From contig NIVC01001389.1 in assembly GCA_002269645.1 (NCBI GenBank), forward strand, positions 62,001 through 126,000: a DNA stretch of 64,000 nucleotides. The letters are read 5' to 3'. Source of the DNA: Macrostomum lignano (Eukaryota). Under the pieces are notes generated by a model, which made no database searches, was not told where the DNA came from, and saw only the letters and a list, made by a program, of their open reading frames with translations. This document shows, one piece after another, positions 23,347 to 35,719 of the stretch (position 1 is its first letter; each line of letters opens with the position of its first letter). Made by a program: the position numbers and the translations under genes.

Positions 23347-26300
23347 ATGGGCTCCTGCCTGTCATGCAGAAAATGCCAGCGATATTTTTATTACATCCGT
23401 GCCAGGTAAGCTAACAAATTTAATAACTATTCATTTGGGCGACAAATCGCTTTTTGATTCTTCTCTTGAGCAATCCTGCTGCGCTCCCTTTAAGGCGGGC
23501 TTTGAAATCCAAAAACCGGCGAGTTGGGGGCCGCGGCAACTCCATCGAGTTCAACGATCTCATTGATGTCAACGATGTGAGTTGCTCTCTGCATTTGCTG
23601 AGTAACCTGTTTTTGGCATTGCTCATGCCATTGTATTTGAGTGGCACTCATTGGCTGCCCCATCTCAATCGCATTTGCAGGGCGTTCTGGACGACTTTGC
23701 GCTTGCTGCGTGAGTTGCTTTCGGGTCTGGCTGGCCGACAGACTCCAAACTGGTCGCTGCAGCTTCTCCCTCTGCTCTTCCTCTCCTCAGGGAGGGGGGG
23801 GGAGGGGCAGAACGACCCTGAGGGCCAACTCCCAAAACACAGAGTGTACATTCTTGACGATTAGAAAGCGAGGGTTGTGGGACCTTCGTCGCCGAAATTA
23901 AATGCCAAAAAAATCTCATCCGCTCTCTCAGGTTATCTAATCGACCTGTATGTTCATGAATTATTACTGGAATTGAAACCGAATCCCCTCCCGCCCTTGC
24001 GGTTAGCCGCTCAGGCTTCTGTTTTGAAACCGAATCCCCTCCCGCCCTGCGCATTGCAATCGCAGCAGCGACCCAGTGGTTGACGCCCAGCATCAGCCCA
24101 GAAGCTCCGTGCCGTTCAGCGTCACGAATTACATGCGATGGGTAAAGCTGCGACGCCTTCAGTTCAGCTTGCTGCTTTGTTCCGTGTTGTTGCTGTTGTG
24201 CCGTGTGGCCCTTCAATTTAACAGCATTAGATTTGTGCTTTTTATTATGCAAGATACTGCAAGGTTTTGAGCAGCTGGGGAGTCCAAAGCTCATCCGTCA
24301 TCACTGGGATTAGTTATTATTCTTGCTGTCAGTATCAACAAAGTGCATGTAGTACTTTTGATTTACTAGCAGTGTTGTCTGTGTGAATATTAGCAGCTGA
24401 GGCTTTGTTATTTTGCTACCAACTGATAATTGTGTATTCCGTTAGCATGCAATGCTTTGCTGAAACCTAATGCCCCCGTCTAGTGAAATTGAGATTCAAT
24501 AGAAAATGGCATATTTTATTATAGAGAAAGAAAAGTGTCCCTTAGTCATCAAAGAAACATCGTCCCGCACACAGCAAATCTTTTTAGAGAAAATCGTCCT
24601 CTCCAGCCATGGAAAACCGCTCTCTTTACTGTTGGAAAATCGCCCTCTTTAACGATGAAAAATCGCCCTCTTTACCAATGGTAAATCGTCCTTTTTACCA
24701 ATGGAAAATCGCCCCTCTTTACCCATGGAAAATTGCCCTCTTTACCCATGGAAAATCGCCCCTCTTTACCCATGAAAATCGCCCTCTTTGCCCATGGAAC
24801 ATCGCCATCCCCATCCCCAAAAAATATCCCAGCGACTGCTACGCCGCCAGCGAGGAGATCCGCTGCCTGATCCCCAAGACACGACGGCGCCGCCGCCGCT
24901 GCCACCGGCTGCACCCGGCGTCCGACTGCGGCTCCGACGAGCTCGCCACCGACGACACCGCTGACGAGGATGTCATCCTCTTGTACCCCGCCACGCCAGC
25001 CGTCTTCGAGGCGCCTCGCACCTCGCCGCCTCCTTCATCAACTGTCTCAGCCTCCTCCACCTCGTCCGCTGCCCTACTGTTTAACCTTCGCTCCACGGCG
25101 CTGCCGCCGAGCAGCGTTGCGGCCGCCTCTGGGGGCTCCTCAGCCGCCGCTGCGGCTGCTGCTACTTGCAGTAGTGTTGGCAGCCACTGCGACTCCGACG
25201 ACCAGTCTTTTGAGGGCTGGTCTGGGAGGCGCTGCGGCAGCCGCCGATTCGTGCACGAGTTCTACAAGGTGGCTCCGGCTTCTGAGCCCTGCTTCTCCCA
25301 CTGCCCTACCGATTTCGCCATCCCCAATCATCCTCCTTTGCTAGCGGATTCGGGGTTTTCAGTAGAGGTTCTGTGATTTATTTTCACCGGTCATTGAAGG
25401 CTGAGTTGGTTTTGCTTGCAACTCTGGTTTTCATCTTTGGGCTTCTGTGTTGATTTGTTTTTAATTTTCGTTATCAGTGTTGCCGTTTTGTATTGTGTTT
25501 TCTTTTAATCAAATCTTTGGCTGTGATTTTGCTTTATTCAGATTAACTGTTTGCCTGCCACTCCAATAACCTGGGCCACCCTCTCAGAAGCTCGGTTGTT
25601 GGGCAGCCAGCTTTTCAAATCCTCAGTTTCTGGGCCAGCCTCCCAAATCCCCAGTTGCTGTGCCAGCCTCCCAGATCTTCAGTTGCTGAGCCAGCCTCCC
25701 AGATCCCCAGTTGCTGAGCCAGTCTCCCAGATCCCCAGTTGCTGAGCCAGCCTCCCAGATCCTCAGTTGCTGGACCAGCCTCCCAGATCCCCAGTTGCTG
25801 CGCCAGCCTCCCAGATCCCCAGTTGCTGAGCCAGCCTCCCAGATCCCCAGTTGCTGAGCCAGCCTTCCAGATCCCCAGTTGCTGGGCCAGCCTCCCAGAT
25901 CCCCAGTTGCTGAGCCAGCCTCCCAGATCCCCAGTTGCCGGACCAGCCTCCCAGATCCCCAGTTGCTTGGCCAGTCTTCCAGATCCCCAGTTGCTGGGCC
26001 ACCAGCCTCCCAGATCCTCAGTTGCTGGGCAGCCAGCCTCCCTGCAAATCTACTTCCGTCATCGCTAACCCACCCGCCAGCTGTCCGACCAGGAGGAGGC
26101 CCTCAGAGTCGAAGGCAGCTTCGACCCGGCCGTCTCCGCGACAGACGAAGTGGCCGCCTCGGTCCGTCCGCTGATTGGCGGCGGCAATGAGCAGCGGTTT
26201 CCATGGCAACAGCGCCTGCAGCAGCAGCAGAGAGTCGGATCCGAGGCCCGACTGCGCGGCAGTTCAGCTGCCGGTCAGCTGAGTCCCAGTGAGCTCATTC

Positions 26301-27704
26301 AGCTGGTCTGCTTAGCAACTGCTCTGTTTACCTTAACTACCTGCTGTGTGGCTGATTAAATGAAACTGGCGCATTTCAATTCAACCCGCTTCAGCTGATA
26401 GCGACGAGAGGCGCTCGCTGGACCTGGACTGGGACCACGAGCCTGGTGAGTTTGCCTTCTACTTATCGCCTCATCCCACCGCGATTTGAAACCCTAGGGA
26501 AACACTGATGATTATCGCCATAGAATCAGTGATGATTATCACCATAGAATCAGTGATGATTATCACCATAGAATCACTAATGATTATCGCCATAGAATCA
26601 CTAATGATTATCGCCATAGAATCACTAATGATTATCGCCATAGAATCAGTTATGATTATCGCCCTAGAATCACTGATGATTATCACCATAGAATCAGTTA
26701 TGATTATCGCCATAGAATCAGTGATGATTATCGCCATAGAATCAGTTATGATTATCGCCCTATAATCACTGATGATTATCGCCCTAGAATCAGTTATGAT
26801 TATCGCCCTAGAATCACTGATAATTATCGCCCTAAAATCACTGATGATTATCGCCATAGAATCAGTGATGATTATCGCCATAGAATCAGTGATGATTATC
26901 GCCCTAGAATCACTGATGATTATCGCCCCAGAATCACTGATGATTATCGCCATAGAATCAGTTATGATTATCGCCCTAGAATCACTGATGATTATCGCCA
27001 TAGAATCAGTGATGATTATCGCCATAGAATCAGTTATGATTATCGCCCTATAATCACTGATGATTATCGCCCTAGAATCACTGATGATTATCGCCATAGA
27101 ATCAGTTATGATTATCGCCCTAGAATCACTGATGATTATCGCCATAGAATCAGTGATGATTATCGCCATAGAATCACTAATGATTATCGCCATAGAATCA
27201 CTGATGATTATCGCCCCAGAATCAGTGATGATTATCGCCCTAGAATCACTGATGATTATCGCCATAGAATCACGGATGATTATCGCTCCAGAATCGCGGA
27301 CACATTGCTTCATCCCCACAGAGATGCTCAGCAGCCTGCGCCGCTCCAACCTGATGCTCCGCTCGGCCACCGAGGAGGACCTGACCGCCCGAGCCCTCGC
27401 CAGGGAGGCCGAGGCCGAGGTGGAAGCCGCTGAGGCGGCGGAGGCGGCCGCGGACTTCGACCTGTTCCCCGGCCAGACGGCGGCGGAGGCGGCCGGCCTG
27501 AGCGGCTCGCTGGCGGAGGCCCCTGGCGAGCAGCTGCTGCTACCGGCCGAGGCGGACGAGCTGGAGTGGAGCCACGAGTTCGATACCGGCGGCTTCGGCG
27601 GCCGCGGCGGCTCCTTGGCGGCTTCCGCGCCGGCCAACGCGGCGGCAAGTTTTGGCGGCGGCCGACGGCCAATACGGCTCCCGCTTGAGCCGGCGGAGCT
27701 GTGA
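23347..27704 (+). CDS. AP1AR: AP-1 complex-associated regulatory protein (gadkin)-like
   Basis: Phase-consistent exons 23347-23405 (MGSCLSC acylation-type N-terminus), 23495-23576 (SIEFNDLIDVND), 23681-23709, 24066-24141, 26081-26273 (LSDQEEALRVE), 26395-26445 (SLDLDWDHEP), 27322-27704 (RSATEEDL..DELEWSHEF). These match recalled gadkin motifs (TIEFENLVESD, LQEEKLRLE, SLDLEWEDE, RSKTEEDI, GLEWENDF) in order. Confidence 0.72.
24618..24800. repeat. About 23-bp tandem repeat (AAATCGCCCTCTTTACCCATGGA)
   Basis: Direct inspection; sits just before the acceptor at 24832. Confidence 0.8.
24833..25376 (+). CDS. Unassigned GC-rich exon-like ORF inside an AP1AR-like intron (possible alternative terminal exon)
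   Basis: Acceptor cccag at 24832, open for 181 codons to TGA, coding-like GC composition, phase 2 compatible with the donor at 23709. No family motif recognised. Confidence 0.4.
25600..26040. repeat. 28-bp minisatellite (CCAGCCTCCCAGATCCCCAGTTGCTGGG)
   Basis: Lies in an AP1AR-like intron; the same family recurs at 55520-55752 in reverse. Confidence 0.9.
26505..27296. repeat. 24-bp minisatellite (ATGATTATCGCCATAGAATCAGTG)
   Basis: Fills the last intron of the AP1AR-like gene. Confidence 0.95.
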
Positions 27705-28225
27705 GCTCTGTGGAGTGACAGCTGGACGCAGTCTAGAGTTTCTAGTCTAGAATGTTTAATTTTTATTTGTTCATTATGCAGACCTATTATTAATATACAA
27801 ATATTAATTGGCCTGCAATTGTCTTTTTTCAAACCTTTACTCCGAGTATTGTGCGTCCTTTGCTGCTCTGTCAGTATTTGAAATATTTAACTCAATTGTA
27901 ACTCAATGCGGTTGCTTAGCTGTGGTATTAATTATTACTACAGTATAATATATGTATGCATAATACTGCAGCTTGTGCGCCATAACTCATTGCCTGTCTG
28001 TCTAGTCAAAATTTTGTCCTTTTTAAATTATCACCCAGAGAGAATTTAATGAATTATTAATGCGAGTCTGATGTCTTCTGCAGCTGTCCAGTTCCGGTCT
28101 GCTCGAGGTTGAAAAAGTCCACTGAAAAGTACGGGTGCTGACTGACTGGGCAGTTGAAACATCATGTTAATTGCGTAATGTGATATTGACTTCTCATTTT
28201 GCTTTTTTTGTCAGATTTTTGTCAG

Positions 28226-30348
28226 GCAGATCTAGCAGAGATTCAGGCAGATCTAGCAGAGTCAGGCAGATCTAGCAGAGTCAGACAGATCTAGCAGAGT
28301 CAGACAGATCTAGCAGAGTCAGGCAGATCTAGCAGAGTCAGACAGATCTAGCAGAGTCAGACAGATCTAGCAGAGTCAGACAGATCTAGCAGAGTCAGAT
28401 AGATCTAGCAGAGTCAGACAGATCTAGCAGAGTCAGACAGATCTAGCAGAGTCAGACAGATCTAGCAGAGTCAGATAGATCTAGCAGAGTCAGACAGATC
28501 TAGCAGAGTCAGACAGATCTAGCAGAGTCAGATAGATCTAGCAGAGTCAGACAGATCTAGCAGAGTCAGACAGATCTAGCAGAGTCAGACAGATCTAGCA
28601 GAGTCAGATAGATCTAGCAGAGTCAGATAGATCTAGCAGAGTCAGACAGATCTAGCAGAGTCAGACAGATCTAGCAGAGTCAGACAGATCTAGCAGAGTC
28701 AGATAGATCTAGCAGAGTCAGACAGATCTAGCAGAGTCAGACAGATCTAGCAGAGTCAGACAGATCTAGCAGAGTCAGACAGATCTAGCAGAGATTCAGG
28801 CAGATCTAGCAGAGTCAGATAGATCTAGCAGAGTCAGACAGATCTAGCAGAGTCAGACAGATCTAGCAGAGATTCAGGCAGATCTAGCAGAGTCAGATAG
28901 ATATAGCAGAGATTCAGGCAGATCTAGCAGAGATTCAGGCAGATCTAGCAGAGATTCAGGCAGATCTAGCAGAGATTCAGGCAGATCTAGCAGTCAGACA
29001 GATCTAGCAGAGATTCAGGCAGATCTAGCAGAGATTCAGGCAGATCTAGCAGAGATTCAGGCAGATCTAGCAGAGATTCAGGCAGATCTAGCAGAGTCAG
29101 ACAGATCTAGCAGAGATTCAGGCAGATCTAGCAGAGTCAGACAGATCTAGCAGAGATTCAGGCAGATCTAGCAGAGATTCAGGCAGATCTAGCAGAGTCA
29201 GACAGATCTAGCAGAGATTCAGGCAGATCTAGCAGAGATTCAGGCAGATCTAGCAGAGATTCAGGCAGATCTAGCAGAGTCAGACAGATCTAGCAGAGTC
29301 AGATAGATCTAGCAGAGTCAGACAGATCTAGCAGAGATTCAGGCAGATCTAGCAGAGATTCAGGCAGATCTAGCAGAGATTCAGGCAGATCTAGCAGAGT
29401 CAGATAGATCTAGCAGAGTCAGACAGATCTAGCAGAGATTCAGGCAGATCTAGCAGAGATTCAGGCAGATCTAGCAGAGATTCAGGCAGATCTAGCAGAG
29501 TCAGACAGATCTAGCAGAGATTCAGGCAGATCTAGCAGAGATTCAGGCAGATCTAGCAGAGATTCAGGCAGATCTAGCAGAGTCAGACAGATCTAGCAGA
29601 GATTCAGGCAGATCTAGCAGAGTCAGACAGATCTAGCAGAGTCAGACAGATCTAGCAGAGTCAGATAGATCTAGCAGAGTCAGACAGATCTAGCAGAGTC
29701 AGACAGATCTAGCAGAGTCAGATAGATCTAGCAGAGTCAGACAGATCTAGCAGAGTCAGACAGATCTAGCAGAGTCAGATAGATCTAGCAGAGTCAGACA
29801 GATCTAGCAGAGATTCAGGCAGATCTAGCAGAGATTCAGGCAGATCTAGCAGAGTCAGATAGATCTAGCAGAGTCAGACAGATCTAGCAGAGATTCAGGC
29901 AGATCTAGCAGAGATTCAGGCAGATCTAGCAGAGATTCAGGCAGATTTAGCAGAGTCAGACAGATCTAGCAGAGATTCAGACAGATTTAGCAGAGATTCA
30001 GGCAGATCTAGCAGAGATTCAGGCAGATCGAGCAGAGTCAGGCAGATCTAGCAGAGTCAGACAGATCTAGCAGAGTCAGACAGATCTAGCAGAGATTCAG
30101 GCAGATCTAACAGAGTCAGATAAATCTAGCAGAGTCAGACAGATCTAGCAGAGATTCAGGCAGATCTAGCAGAGATTCAGGCAGATCTAGCAGAGATTCA
30201 GGCAGATCTAGCAGTCAGACAGATCTAGCAGAGATTCAGGCAGATCTAGCAGTCAGACAGATCTAGCAGAGATTCAGGCAGATCTAGCAGAGATTCAGGC
30301 AGATCTAGCAGAGATTCAGGCAGATCTAGCAGAGAGTCAGACAGATCT
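28226..30348. repeat. About 2.1-kb satellite of interspersed 19-bp (GAGTCAGACAGATCTAGCA) and 21-bp (GAGATTCAGGCAGATCTAGCA) monomers
   Basis: Direct inspection. Confidence 0.97.
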
Positions 30349-30461
30349 AACCGAGAGTCATTGACAGCTGCCACCCCGCATTGCAGAGGCTGCACCCCAG
30401 CGCTGCCAGTCGCTCTGCAATTCCCAATTCCCCATTAGCTGTCAATCTCAGCTCAGCTGAC

Positions 30462-31258
30462 ATGTCCAGCCTGGAGTCGCTGCTCCTGGAGGCCCGCCAG
30501 CTGGCCGGCCGGCTGCAGTCCCGGGAGGAGGCCGCGGACTCGCTGATCGGCAAGGCGGAGGCGCTGAAGAAGCGCATGGAGGGCCAGCGCCAGTACCAGG
30601 AGGACGTGTGCCAGCTGTCCGAGCTGGCGGCCTGCAAGCGGCCCCGCGCGCGCCTGCTGGTGTCCATCGCAGCCGAGAACAAGCGGGTGAAGGAGCTCGA
30701 GGCCGAGAATGCCGAACTGCGGCTGTCGCTTGAGGAGCATCAGACCTTCATGGAGGTGCTCATGAACAAGTACAGGGAGCAGATGAGGCGCAGCGAGGAG
30801 GTCGACCTGGCGGCCAGGCAGCAGCCGGCGCTTGCGGCCAGCAGGGAGTCCACGGCGACTCTGGCGCTGCAGGTAGGGATTTGAGCTCGCGAGTTTGGGA
30901 TTTCGAGTTCCAGTTCGAATTGTATTTAAATATAAATTTTACTCCAAGCCAATCCCACTTGACACGCGCGCAGGAGAAGGTGCAGGAGATGGCCTGCGTG
31001 ATGCGCGAGGCCCTGCGCCGCGAGGACGATCACGTCACCCAGCTGGAGGAGGACCTGACCCGGCTGCGGACGGAGAACGCCACCCTGCGCGAGCTGCTGC
31101 GCATCGCCACTGCCGCCGCGGCAGCCGCTTCCGGCTGCGCTTCCCGCTCCGGGTCAACCAGCGGAGCCGCAGCCGGCGCCTCGGTGGGCGGTCAGAGCCA
31201 CAGTCGGGCGTCCAGTCGAGTCGGCATCGGGTCGCCTTCGTCGGGCGATTCGGCCTGA
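30462..31258 (+). CDS. FGFR1OP2: FGFR1 oncogene partner 2 / SIKE family coiled-coil protein (STRIPAK component)
   Basis: Exon 30462-30872 (LLLEARQLAGRL..RQYQEDV..RPRARL..ENKRVKELEAENAELRLSLEEHQ..MNKYREQM) and exon 30974-31258 (VQEMACVMREAL..LRTENATLRELL). Confidence 0.93.
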
Positions 31259-32991
31259 GGTCGCGGGTTCGAGTCGGTGTCTACTTGACGTCAGTTTCAG
31301 GGTTAACTACAAATTTGACACTTCTGTGACGCTTCAGTGTTAATCGTAAATGTAATATTAGCTGAAGAATTCCTGGTTGAATGCACACGGACTGACGGGT
31401 TTGCTGTGGCGCTGTCAGCTGTGATACTCGAGGTCAGCCCTGTCTCTCTGAACTGCATGCAGAAGAACTGTGAAAATTATTAACTTGCGCCTGTTGCACA
31501 TTTGTACCTTATTTGACCTTTGCAAAATTGAGTTCAAATTGAGTTTCTCCCGCAAAAGCAGATCGTACAGTCGCATGATGCCAGTTTTGCTCGGCTGCTT
31601 TTGTGTCTGTTTTGTTCGAACAAATCCGAGCGGACTGCATTACTGTACTGATGCGCATGCGAGCGCTTTCTGTCTTCATTTAATCGCTTATAGTAATTAG
31701 GTCTAAGTTCGCATGCTCTACACCTTTGTATAGCAGCTGTGAGCGAGTCTGCATGTCCATCTGCTTGTATCGGAATCTTTGCTAAAGTGTAAGCTATGCT
31801 ATTAAAATAAACAACTTGTCTGTAATATATAATATCAATGTTTAACCGTTTTTTGAAGGCACGTTACTTTAAGTTCTTGTATATTCAAATCTTCAAATGC
31901 ATCATATATTACACCATTTCACCTCCTATTTTGAACAGTCTTATTCAAAAGAAACAAGCAGAACTTCAATTCAAATGCTTTAAGAAATAACAGCCCTTTC
32001 GGAAATTCAATTCAAACAAAGTGCCTTTCTATTGAAACAGACGAACTTCAATTCCGACTGTCTGTGGCCAAATCTGTCCCCGAGTGACGCGCATGCGCAA
32101 ACTTGAAACTCAAAAGAAACAAAGTCACATTCTATTTCGACAGAGACTCACGAGATAAAAACACAACAAATCGACTAACACAAGAGTAAAATGAAAAACA
32201 GGAACAAGACATTGTCAGTTGGCCACACCTAACCATCAATTGCCTGTCCACCAAGGCAGCGAGAGACGTATGTAAACACATGGTTGAACCACTCAGTGCA
32301 CTTGTCCGCAGAGATGCAGCCTGATCTGATCTGCAATCTGATCTTCAGCATTCATCTCGTTTCTTGTTGCGCAACGATTGTACAGTTATGCAGTGCAGTA
32401 AAAACAAAAAAATAGATTAATGTAATAAAAATGTATCTATAGATGCGCAAAAATCACTGGAAGATTTGGATCTTAGTCTTCTAATGTTGGAAGATTAAGA
32501 GATGAGATGATCCTGTTGAGATGATATCATAGTTTTTGCGATTCTTTGCGGATAATACAGCTTCAATTAATGAGATTTCTGTGTCCTGAAAGTAAAGGTA
32601 CCATAGATACATGGGATTATGAAGCACATAATGTGCTCGACACGAATGAGCTGGAATCAAAATCCTCACCATTCCAGTTCTGTGGGCTGCTCGATGGAGA
32701 GAGCAGGCAATTAGGGTGCATCCGCACTCTAACAGCTTTGCAGCTCCGCGCCACCAACATGCGGAACGGCGCCCGCCTTCCCCACTTGGCAAATTTTGCT
32801 GCTCATCCGCAGCACAGGGCGTCGGAGAGGCTGAGGTGGCTGCAGTCTGAGCTGATGGCTTGGACAACAGCTGGTTGCTAGGGGCGATTGAGCTCAACAA
32901 CGGGAGCAGTGATAAATTTTACTGCATGCAGGATTTCTGCCGACTGCCTCATCCCGAGCCCTCGCATCCGCAATACCGCACTGCAGCCAGC

Positions 32992-33750
32992 ATGGCAACC
33001 AGCTTCATCGCTACTCCAGTCTCCGTTCTGCTCGCAGCGGCCTGCCTGGCCCAGCTAGTCCACTGCGAGAGCCTGTCGGCACCGCCTGAGCAGCCCGCAG
33101 TGCCTGGCTGAGAATCTGACAGTGCGGACGGCCCAGACTCCGAGAGGATCATCACGAGTGCCTCATGGAGGCTGGCTCGAGCGGCCTGCAGGTGGCCCAG
33201 TTCGACTCGGACACTCGCCAGTGCTCGCTCTTCCAGTACATCGCAGTGTGCCACCTCATCGAAGGACTCGCTGCTGCAGAGAGCTCGCAGCCCCGCCGCT
33301 GTGCCGCATTCGCCAATGACAGAGCCGCCAAGTTCCCCACCTTGAGCAGGAAGCTCATGCTGGGTGTGGGCTCGAAGCTGATGGCCGCCTGGATGATGAG
33401 CGACGATGTGGACGCCAGCAGGAGCAACTTGGTGTGCGGCCAGACGCAGCAGTGGATGTCAGAGAATGTGGAGTGGAGCAGCGAGGGAGCCAAGCTCGAC
33501 GGAGTGTCGTCCAAGATGTGGCTGGAGAACGTGGAGCTCGCGAACCTGCAGCAGGGACTCTGTGGCTCGTCAGGCTCAAGCGGGAGATCAAGCACGAAGC
33601 AATTCTTTGCAGCTACGACGGCACCACCGAGAAGAATGGAGTCGTCTTCTGGGAGCATCCACCTTCAAGTGGCCATACTTTCACAGAGTCGTTTCGAGCC
33701 AAACCCCACCGGAAACGAGCTCGTTTGACCCGAATTTGTTCGTGGAAGTC
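32992..33750 (+). pseudogene. Frameshifted secreted protein, PAN/apple-like plus LamG/ConA-like segments
   Basis: Signal peptide MATSFIATPVSVLLAAACLAQLVHC, then HECLMEAG..AQFDSDTRQCSLF (PAN-like) and LDGVSSKMWLE..TLWLVRLK..ILCSYDG (LamG-like), spread over three frames with no evident splice sites between them. The domain calls are tentative. Confidence 0.4.
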
Positions 33751-33926
33751 GGCATCTCTTTTTTCTCCATTTTTTTTTCTCCAACATTTTTCTCCAACGG
33801 AGGCTTTGAGCCCTCTGGGCAGGTGACTGTGGGAGGCCCATATCCTGAATCGAGCTTTCCCAACTGCACCTGCCTGTTACTCGGATTTCAACCTAACAAC
33901 TCGCGAATGCTGAGGGCACGGTGCCC

Positions 33927-34412
33927 TGCACGGTCAAAGACGCGTACCCGCTGCCGCACATGCAGCAAGCATGAATTGCTTTGGTCGGGTGCTCCTGGTT
34001 TTCCACCATCGACTGTCGGCAGGGCTACCACCAGGTGGAGTTGGCGGAAGAGGACCGGTTTAAAACTGTCTTCTATTCGACCTGCGGCCTGACGCAGTTC
34101 CGCAAGACGGGCTTTGGAATTCTCAATGCCCCAGCAACGTTCCAGCGGCTGATGGAGCTGGTGATGCCCGGTCTGTCCTGGGACTCCGCGCTGACTTACA
34201 TCGACGACATCATTGTCTTCAACAGGACCTCTGACGAGCATCTGGTGAGACTTGAGCGCGTTTTTTAACGGCTGCAAGATGCGGGTCTCATGCAAACTGC
34301 ACAATGCGAAGAGCGTGTTCGGCCATCGCCGGGTGCTGTACCTGGGACACCTGATCAGCGAGCAGGGTATTGCACCGGACCCCAGCAAGGTTGAGGTCAT
34401 TCGCAGCATCCC
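33927..34412 (+). mobile_element. Ty3/gypsy LTR retrotransposon reverse transcriptase fragment (degraded)
   Basis: TVKDAYPLP*..WFSTIDCRQGYHQV..DRFKTVF..FGILNAPATFQRLME..TYIDDIIVF..EHLVRLERVF*..YLGHLISEQGIAPDPSKVEVI, with stops and a frameshift. Confidence 0.92.
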
Positions 34413-35719
34413 TAGTGCTTTCCCTTTGTTCTTTTTCCATTGTTACCCCCCCCCCCCGAATTCGTGTGGCTCGGTTTCAGAGTAATTACAGAGCAGCTTT
34501 CAGAGTATAATGACAAGAAAAATTTTATTCTTTATTCAGTTATTCGAGGCTAATTTTTAAACGACGCAGCAGAAGCGGCTACAAGCTTAACTGAATATAG
34601 CGATTATGCTTGTGCAGAAACCCTAGACATTTCAATAAGGCGTTTGCTATGTTAAATTCTCTAGAAAAAAGGGGGGTCCTGTACAAGAAAGCTCAACGCT
34701 CCTCTCAAAATAAAGATCGAAAAAAAACTAAGTAGTGCATCTTGTAGAGGGGTAAATTCTGTACAGGATGGCCAAGAAACCAGATTTCTACGTTAAATTA
34801 TAAATTCTAGGGAGCAACTAGAAAAAAACCAGCTTTCTACGTTCAATTATAAATTCTAGGGAGCACTAGAAAACACCAAGCCTCCAACTACTTTCTGCAT
34901 GATATGGCCAGTTTCCCGTCCCTAGTTTAAGTAGTCCCTGAGTGTAGCACAACCAAAGGCCCTAAGCAAACCAAAATTGCAACAAATCAACGCAGATGTA
35001 ACAAAGCCACGTAATAAAATACGGTTAAACCATGAACATGATAAAACAAAGCTTAAAATCAATAAAGATGACTAGACTTGTTTCTATTAATAATAATAGG
35101 TCTATGTTTAAATTAAATGTAAGTTATAAAAAAATTCACGGTCACGCACGGTTTCACGCACGGTGTAGTTCCAATCACGCACGAAAAAAATTACGGTCGG
35201 TCGATCCTTATATAACGCTCCAAGATTACAAACTAGTTGAAACTACGTAGTTTGTATCGCGAAATTATTCGCTTGTTTATTCTAGTGGCCCTAGGCCAAA
35301 ATCAAAATCAAAATCATTTATTGGCCCTAGGCGGCGCTAGGCCTACGCATACTCACTATTTTATACATCTATGGCATAATTATCAAAAGCGCATTGCCAT
35401 TATTGGCATTTTTGCAGAATTTCTAAATTGAATTTTACTTTTTATGACTTACTACTTTCGTAGTTTCTATTATTAAATTTAATTAGTAAAATATTTTTTT
35501 TAATATGAATTTTATTTTATAATAAATTGTATTTATTTTAAAAGAATACAATATTTTAGGTTCAATATTTAATAAATTTAAATTTTAGTTCTTTTAATTA
35601 AATTTAAATAAGATGGCCTATGCCAATGCCATGCCAATAGGCCTAATAGCTAATTTAAGTTAGGCCTAGTAGCTAATTTATTAAAATGATCTACTTCTAT
35701 ACTGGTAGTGGCAGCATAT

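Noticed and set aside
24076-24270. ORF MRWVKLRRLQFSLLLCSVLLLL as a type II membrane protein
   Set aside because: The hydrophobic part is intron read-through after the donor at 24142.
23648-24294. Minus-strand CTLC..CP stretch resembling a LINE ORF1 zinc knuckle
   Set aside because: It needs a frameshift, and the region is better explained by plus-strand AP1AR-like exons and introns.
26081-26359. GPI-anchor-like C-terminus (LIQLVCLATALFTLTTCCVAD*)
   Set aside because: It lies past a phase-1 donor at 26274 that joins the gadkin-like SLDLDW exon; it could exist only as a retained-intron isoform.
26471-27832. 453-aa minus-strand ORF with AIIISDS repeats
   Set aside because: It is the antisense of the AP1AR-like last exon plus a 24-bp intronic minisatellite.
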